From: an uncultured Janthinobacterium sp. | GTDB lineage: Bacteria; Vulcanimicrobiota; Vulcanimicrobiia; Vulcanimicrobiales; Vulcanimicrobiaceae | Direction of reading: 5' to 3' | Assembly (NCBI GenBank): GCA_964658025.1 | Contig: CAZZXB010000101.1 | Span: 1 to 10,958 of the forward strand | Length of the DNA: 10,958 nt | Shown: positions 6,296 through 10,958 of the stretch, piece by piece | Position numbering within the stretch: the first letter of the stretch is position 1 | Layout of the letters: the number at the start of each line of letters is the position of its first letter | The notes under the pieces: generated by a model | What the model was told of the DNA's origin: nothing | Seen by the model: the letters and a program-made list of their open reading frames with translations, nothing else | Database searches by the model: none | Translations under genes and position numbers: made by a program

Positions 6296-7732
6296 TTACG
6301 GCAACTGGTGGATCTTGATGACGTTGGTCCCGCCCTCACCGACGGGCATCCCCGACGTGACGGCGATCGTGTCGCCGCTCTTCGCGAGGTTTTCGCGGAG
6401 CATGCGCGCCTCCGTGATGTCGATGAGCGTCTCGAAATAGCGATACGGCTCGACGACGAGCGCGTCCACGCCCCAGACGAGCGCGAGCCGGCGCGCGACG
6501 TCGGGGATCTGCGTCATCGCGATGATCCGCGCGCGCGGTCGGAACGACGAGATGAAGCGCGCGGTGTTTCCCGTCGAGGTCCCCGTGACGATCGAATCGA
6601 GGTTGAGCTCCTCGGCCATCTGCGCCGCGGATTCCGCGATCGACGTTTCGGCGTTGAGGCTCGTCGTCTCCATCCGGCGCGCGCGCAGGATCGTGTGCGG
6701 ATAGTGATCGCGCTCGACCTCGCGCGCGATCGTCGCCATCACGCGCACGGCGTCGACGGGGTACGCGCCGCGCGCGGTCTCGCCGGAGAGCATCACGGCG
6801 TCCGTCCCGTCGAGGATCGCGTTGGCGACGTCGGTCGCCTCGGCGCGCGTGGGACGCGGCGAGGCGATCATCGATTCGAGCATCTGCGTCGCCGTGATGA
6901 CGGGTTTCGACGCGCGGTTCGCGCGCGCGATGAGATCCTTTTGCGCGAGCGGCACCTGTTCGAGCGGTATCTCGATGCCGAGATCGCCGCGCGCGACCAT
7001 GATGCCGTCGGCGGCGGCGACGATCTCGTCGATGCAGTCGAGCGCTTCGTGCTTCTCGATCTTCGCGATGACGGGGACGTTCTTGTTACGCCCCGCGATG
7101 AAGCGCTTCACGCGCACGATGTCGTCCGCCGATTTCACGAACGAGACCGCGACCCAGTCGACGCCCGCCTGGAGTCCGAACGCGAGATGCTCGAAATCGC
7201 GTTCGGTGACGGCGTCGATCGAGAGCGTGCCGTCGGGATAGTTGATGCCCTGCTGCGAACGGAGATCGCCGCCGACGACGACGCGCGTCTCGATGCGCGT
7301 GTCGGTTTTCGATTCGATGCGCAGTTCGATCGCGCCGTCGGCGAGATAGATCAGCTTGCCGACCTCGACGTCGTTCGCGAGTCCGGCGTACGACGCCCAG
7401 ACGCCGCCCTCGCCGCCTTCGGGGTCGACCGTCGAGAGCGCGAACGGCGCGCCGACGATGAGTCGGACCGACTCGACCCCGTGCGGGAGCATGCCGGTGC
7501 GGACTTTGGGTCCGGGGAGATCCTGTAAGACCGCGACGTGCCTGCCCATCGACGCGGAGATCTCGCGGATGTCGGCGATCGTCGCGCCGTGCGATTCGTG
7601 CGTTCCGTGCGAGAAGTTCAAGCGCGCGACGTTGAGCCCCGACTCGATCAGCGCCCGAAGCGATGCGGGCTCGCGCGATGCGGGTCCGATGGTCGCGACG
7701 ATTTTCGTGCGCTTATGAAACGGGTCGATCAT
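6296..7732 (-). CDS. pyk: Pyruvate kinase, 478 aa
   Basis: Motifs 'RTKIVATIGPAS', 'ARLNFSHG', 'DLPGPKVRTG', 'IAKIEK', 'DGIMVARGDLG', 'ATQMLESM' and 'PTRAEATDVANAILDGTDAVMLSGETA'. The ATG at 7732 (MIDPFHKRTK) gives the usual PK N-terminus. Confidence 0.98.
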   Translation of the reverse strand: MIDPFHKRTKIVATIGPASREPASLRALIESGLNVARLNFSHGTHESHGATIADIREISASMGRHVAVLQDLPGPKVRTGMLPHGVESVRLIVGAPFALSTVDPEGGEGGVWASYAGLANDVEVGKLIYLADGAIELRIESKTDTRIETRVVVGGDLRSQQGINYPDGTLSIDAVTERDFEHLAFGLQAGVDWVAVSFVKSADDIVRVKRFIAGRNKNVPVIAKIEKHEALDCIDEIVAAADGIMVARGDLGIEIPLEQVPLAQKDLIARANRASKPVITATQMLESMIASPRPTRAEATDVANAILDGTDAVMLSGETARGAYPVDAVRVMATIAREVERDHYPHTILRARRMETTSLNAETSIAESAAQMAEELNLDSIVTGTSTGNTARFISSFRPRARIIAMTQIPDVARRLALVWGVDALVVEPYRYFETLIDITEARMLRENLAKSGDTIAVTSGMPVGEGGTNVIKIHQLP

Positions 7733-7846
7733 TGCATCGGGGCGCGTTCCGCCGTCGTCCCGAGCGTCCCTTGCATTTAGCGGGGCTCGAAGTGAATACG
7801 AGGAATGTTCCGTAACTCGCACTATTTTTTGGAAAGGACCTCGCTC

Positions 7847-8017
7847 GTGAATCGCTTTTTAGCCCTCCTCGCCTTCGCGTCGTTCGTCTCGTTCGTCCCC
7901 GGTCAGGCATCGGCCGCGTCTCACATGATGGGCATGAAGCACCACCATCATCACAAGCAGTGTCGCGACGCCAAGGGCAAGTTCATGAAGTGTCCCAAGG
8001 GCAAGATGAGCATGTAG
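7847..8017 (+). CDS. Small secreted His/Met/Lys-rich peptide with a C-x9-C motif, 56 aa
   Basis: SD GGAAAGGA (7831-7838) lies 8 nt before GTG 7847. Sec-type signal MNRFLALLAFASFVSFVPGQASA ends in an A-x-A site. Predicted mature peptide: ASHMMGMKHHHHHKQCRDAKGKFMKCPKGKMSM. A strong hairpin follows the gene. Confidence 0.85.
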   Translation: MNRFLALLAFASFVSFVPGQASAASHMMGMKHHHHHKQCRDAKGKFMKCPKGKMSM

Positions 8018-8024
8018 TGCCCCG

Positions 8025-8078
8025 CGGGTCGCCCGGGTCCGCCGGCCTTCGGGTCGGTTGCCCGGGCGCCCGAAATTT
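8025..8078 (+). terminator. Long GC-rich hairpin with a cUUCGg tetraloop after the small gene (terminator or 3' stabiliser)
   Basis: CGGG(8025-28)/CCCG(8069-72), CGCCCGGG(8030-37)/CCCGGGCG(8061-68) and GCCGGCC(8041-47)-TTCG-GGTCGGT(8052-58). It is followed by AAATTT, which is a poor U-tract. Confidence 0.6.
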
Positions 8079-8086
8079 GGTATACT
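8058..8086 (+). promoter_or_regulatory. sigma70/sigmaA promoter of the rimP-nusA-ylxR-infB operon
   Basis: -35 TTGCCC (8058-8063), a 17-nt spacer, then extended -10 TG-G-TATACT (8078-8086), directly upstream of the rimP leader hairpin. Confidence 0.8.
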
Positions 8087-8106
8087 CTCGAGCGTCGTCG
8101 ATCCGT

Positions 8107-8139
8107 GAAGCGTGGGCAGGTCCCGCGCTTCGTCGTTGT
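8107..8139 (+). promoter_or_regulatory. rimP-leader attenuator hairpin
   Basis: GAAGCGTGGG(8107-16)-CAGGT-CCCGCGCTTC(8122-31) forms a 10-bp stem with one G-U, followed by the weak tract GTCGTTGT. Its position and GGG/CCC core match the conserved terminator-like leader known upstream of rimP-nusA-infB. Confidence 0.8.
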
Positions 8140-8154
8140 AAGGGACCAAGAGCG

Positions 8155-8709
8155 ATTTCAGCCATCGAACCCGGGCGGGCCGCGTCCGCCGTGGAGACCT
8201 CCGATCTCGACGTCGTTTTCGAGCGGACCGTGCTCGCGCTCGCGCGCGACCCGGCGTTCGACGGCATCGAGATCGTCGCGCACCGCGCGCGACGGCAGGG
8301 CCGTTCGCTCGAGTTGTCCGTGATGGTCGACCGTCCGGGGCATCCGGTCGATCTCGCGACGTGCGAGCGGGTCGCGGCCGAGATCAATCGCGCCCTCGAC
8401 GCGTTTCCCGATCATTACACCCTGGCCGTCGAGTCCGCCGGGCTCGACCGTCCGCTCGTCCGCCCCGCCGACTACGAACGCTTCCGCGACCGCGACGTGA
8501 AGATCGTCACGACGCTCGCGATCGACGGTCGCAAGACGCACCGCGGTCGGCTCCTCGGCGTTCGGGGTACGTCTGCGATGCTATCCCAGGGCGACGCCGA
8601 ATTCCCGATCCCGCTCGACCTCATCAAAACCGCCAACGTCGACTTCGATATCCGTGCCGATCTCACGCGTGCGAAACGAGAGAAAAAAGATGCCCGCAAA
8701 AACCGTTAA
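8155..8709 (+). CDS. rimP: Ribosome maturation factor RimP (start uncertain: ATT 8155 or GTG 8191)
   Basis: 'LSVMVDRPGHPVDLATCERVAAEINRALD...YTLAVESAGLDRPLVRPADYERF...GRKTHRGRLLG' is RimP-like, and the gene lies immediately upstream of nusA. Confidence 0.93.
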   Translation: MSAIEPGRAASAVETSDLDVVFERTVLALARDPAFDGIEIVAHRARRQGRSLELSVMVDRPGHPVDLATCERVAAEINRALDAFPDHYTLAVESAGLDRPLVRPADYERFRDRDVKIVTTLAIDGRKTHRGRLLGVRGTSAMLSQGDAEFPIPLDLIKTANVDFDIRADLTRAKREKKDARKNR

Positions 8710-9940
8710 GGCCGCCCCCGACGAACCGACCCTGCGCGACTCGTTGCGCCTGCTTCAGGGCGAGCGCCTGATCCCGTTCGACATGTTGCTCGAGGCCCTC
8801 GAAGCCGCGCTCATCTCCGCGTACAAGAAGAATTCGGGCGGCGAGGCGAACGCGATCGTCTCAATCGATCGCGATACGGGCGAGTACAAGGTCTACCATC
8901 GCCGGACGGTCGTCGACGAAGTGACCGATCCCAAGCTCGAGATCACGCGCAAGGCCGCGGGTTCGAAGTACGAGCCCGGCGATTTCTACGACGAAGAAGT
9001 CGCGCCGAAGAATTTCGGTCGCATCGCCGCGCAGACCGCGAAGCAAGTCATCGTGCAGCGTATCCGCGAGGCCGAGCGCGATACGATCTTCAACGAATAC
9101 AGCCGTAAGCTCCACGATCTCGTCAGCGGGACGGTGCAACGCTACGAACAGCGCAACATGTTCGTCGATCTCGGAAAATCCGAAGCCCTGCTCCCGCTCT
9201 CCGAACAAGTACCGCGCGAGAACTATCGCATCAACGATCGCATGCTCGCCTTCGTGCTCGACGTTCGCAAGACCAATAAGGGTCCGCAGATCCTGCTCTC
9301 GCGGGCGGCCGAGGGACTCGTGCAACGTCTGCTCGAGCGCGACGTTCCGGAGATCGAGAACAACATCGTCGAGATCATGGCGATCGCCCGCGAACCCGGC
9401 AGCCGTTCGAAGGTCGCGGTGCACTCGCATCGTCCCGACGTCGATCCCGTCGGCGCGTGCCTCGGACCGAAATCGAGTCGGATCGCGAGCGTCTCGGACG
9501 AACTCCGCGGCGAGAAGATCGACATCATCCGGTGGTCGAGCGATCCCGTCGGCTTCATCCACAACGCCCTCGCGCCCGCGAAGGTGCTCACGGTCGAACT
9601 TTTCGAGGACGAAGGCGTCGGACTCGTCGTCGTGCCGGATTACCAGCTCTCGCTCGCGATCGGTCGCGAAGGTCAGAACGTGCGGCTCGCCGCGCGGCTG
9701 ACCGGCTGGCGTCTCGACATCACGAGCGAGGCCGAGGCGGACGAAGCGCGTCAACGCTATCTCGACGAGCGCACGGAGCGCTCGACCGTCGCGGCGCCGG
9801 AGATCGAAGCGGGCGAGGAGACGGACGAGGCGGGCGACGCGACCTCGCAGATCGACCCCGAGATGATCCGCAAGCTCGAGGAGTTTCGCCGCCAGATGTT
9901 CGACGCCGGCGCGAAAACCGACGAGGACGCGCCGTCATAG
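8690..9940 (+). CDS. nusA: Transcription termination/antitermination factor NusA, 416 aa
   Basis: 'FGRIAAQTAKQVIVQRIREAER', an S1 domain, and KH domains 'AREPGSRSKVAV', 'DPVGACLG', 'ELRGEKIDII' and 'QLSLAIGREGQNVRLAARLTGWRLDI'. The ATG at 8690 overlaps the rimP end by 20 nt. Confidence 0.98.
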   Translation: MPAKTVKAAPDEPTLRDSLRLLQGERLIPFDMLLEALEAALISAYKKNSGGEANAIVSIDRDTGEYKVYHRRTVVDEVTDPKLEITRKAAGSKYEPGDFYDEEVAPKNFGRIAAQTAKQVIVQRIREAERDTIFNEYSRKLHDLVSGTVQRYEQRNMFVDLGKSEALLPLSEQVPRENYRINDRMLAFVLDVRKTNKGPQILLSRAAEGLVQRLLERDVPEIENNIVEIMAIAREPGSRSKVAVHSHRPDVDPVGACLGPKSSRIASVSDELRGEKIDIIRWSSDPVGFIHNALAPAKVLTVELFEDEGVGLVVVPDYQLSLAIGREGQNVRLAARLTGWRLDITSEAEADEARQRYLDERTERSTVAAPEIEAGEETDEAGDATSQIDPEMIRKLEEFRRQMFDAGAKTDEDAPS

Positions 9941-10206
9941 CGCATCGCGAGGGCGAGCCCGAGCGACTCTGCGTCGGCTGCCGGACGAACGCGCCGCAAG
10001 CGCGTCTGGTCCGTTTCACGACCGGTCCCGCGGGGTGGCGGGCCGACGCGCGCGGGCGCGCCCCCGGGCGCGGCGCCTACCTCTGTTCGGCCGCCTGCGC
10101 GGTACGCGCGCGCAAGAACAAACGGTATCCCGGTCTCGGCGCCGCCGCGGAACTCGTCGATTGGGCCGTTCGCGACCTTGGCGAGAGCGCTTCGCGGCGT
10201 GTATGA
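9937..10206 (+). CDS. ylxR: YlxR/RnpM (DUF448) family RNA-binding protein, ~89 aa
   Basis: 'PERLCVGCR...RLVRF...GRGAYLCSAAC' (CxxC plus GRGAY) in the canonical position between nusA and infB. The apparent start is ATA 9937, with SD GAGGA at 9923-9927. Confidence 0.88.
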   Translation: MAHREGEPERLCVGCRTNAPQARLVRFTTGPAGWRADARGRAPGRGAYLCSAACAVRARKNKRYPGLGAAAELVDWAVRDLGESASRRV

Positions 10207-10207
10207 T
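10178..10207 (+). promoter_or_regulatory. Candidate internal promoter for infB
   Basis: TTGGCG (10178-10183), an 18-nt spacer, then TATGAT (10202-10207), at the start of a 120-nt gap before infB. Confidence 0.4.
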
Positions 10208-10326
10208 AGATAGGTACGAGCGGCGCCACCAATCCGCCGACTCGGGTAGCGGAGCAAAACACATGAATTAGGCAAACATCTCGGTTGCAGCCGTCGGCAA
10301 CGCAATCGGGTCGTAAGAAGGACGAT

Positions 10327-10958
10327 ATGGCAACCGGTAAAGTACGAATTTTCGAACTCGCGAAAGAACTCGGTCTCTCCTCGAAAGATCTGGTCGGCTT
10401 GTTCGAACGCCTCGGGCTCGAGGCGAAGAATCAGTTGAGCGTCGTGGAGGATCCGATCGCGGATCTCGTCCGCGGCGTCTTGCTCGGGGGAGCGAAGGCC
10501 GGCGCCAAAGCGAGTTCCGGCGGAGCGACCGCCGTCGCGGAGCCGCCGGCACGCCCGCGCACCGTCGCGGCGCCCGCCGATCCGACGCCGCCGGCACCCG
10601 CACGCGCGGCGAGCCCGGCCGAGGAGCCCGTGCCGTCCTTACGACCCGTCGCTCCGGCGCGTCGCGCGAAAGCGGCGCCGGCCGCGGACGTCGCCTCGTC
10701 GCCCGACGCCGTCGCGGCCGATGCGGCGCCCGCCGCCGCGGAGCCGCTCGCTCCATCGAGCGTCGCGGCCGCGGCCTCGAACGGAGCCGTCTCCGCTTCC
10801 AACGGATCGGCGGCCGTCGCCGATCCGAGCGCGACCGCTTCCGCGACGCCCGCCGCGACCGGTGAAGCGGGACGCGCGGCGACCGACGCTCCCGGCGCGG
10901 CGTCGTCCGCCGATCCCGAACCTCCGAGCGCGCCCATGGCGCCTCGCGCCGCGGGCGG
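10327..10958 (+). CDS. infB: Translation initiation factor IF-2, N-terminal part (3'-truncated; not in the ORF track)
   Basis: ATG 10327 follows AAGAAGGA (10315-10322). It translates as MATGKVRIFELAKELGLSSKDLVGLFERLGLEAKNQLSVVED (IF2_N motif), then a long Ala/Pro-rich linker open to the window end. Synteny with rimP-nusA-ylxR agrees. Confidence 0.96.
   Translation, partial: MATGKVRIFELAKELGLSSKDLVGLFERLGLEAKNQLSVVEDPIADLVRGVLLGGAKAGAKASSGGATAVAEPPARPRTVAAPADPTPPAPARAASPAEEPVPSLRPVAPARRAKAAPAADVASSPDAVAADAAPAAAEPLAPSSVAAAASNGAVSASNGSAAVADPSATASATPAATGEAGRAATDAPGAASSADPEPPSAPMAPRAAG

Noticed and set aside
5029..6339. 436-aa and other long R/S/A-rich alternative-frame ORFs (also 1264-2052, 1842-2801, 4376-5167)
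   Set aside because: They are Arg-rich off-frame translations overlapping well-supported genes. Only the Uma2-like patches of 4376-5167 were kept.
6209..7528. 439-aa plus-strand ORF
   Set aside because: It is an antisense shadow of pyk, expected from high-GC codon bias, and has no recognisable motifs.
7960..8154. Long N-terminal extension of RimP in the ORF track
   Set aside because: It runs through the small peptide gene, its hairpin, the promoter and the leader, so it is not plausible coding sequence.
8861..9754. 297-aa minus-strand ORF
   Set aside because: It is an antisense shadow of nusA.
10500..10958. Ala/Pro-rich low-complexity repeat-like region
   Set aside because: It is explained as the ordinary variable linker of IF2; there are no regular tandem units or CRISPR-like spacing.
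1..10958. tRNA, rRNA, CRISPR array, IS element or integrase
   Set aside because: I saw no cloverleaf, repeat-spacer array, transposase/integrase motif or terminal inverted repeat.

Overview
This is a high-GC bacterial chromosomal window. Gene content and CG-rich composition suggest a Terrabacteria lineage, perhaps Ca. Eremiobacterota/Vulcanimicrobiota (inference only). Left: the 3' part of recN, coupled to a GT4 glycosyltransferase. Middle (~2.3-6.3 kb) is an accessory-looking stretch. It holds a minus-strand two-gene operon of unknown proteins, a ~650-bp intergenic region, a stand-alone Pat-like GNAT, a frameshifted Uma2 relic, and an ankyrin-repeat gene behind a structured, switch-like 5' leader. 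Right: pyk, a divergent 56-aa secreted His/Met/Cys-rich peptide gene, and the start of the rimP-nusA-ylxR-infB operon with a clear sigma70 promoter and rimP-leader hairpin. The best leads are the ankyrin leader RNA with its basic N-terminal domain, the His/Met micro-peptide, the unknown gene pair, and apparent ATA/ATT start codons in the nusA operon.
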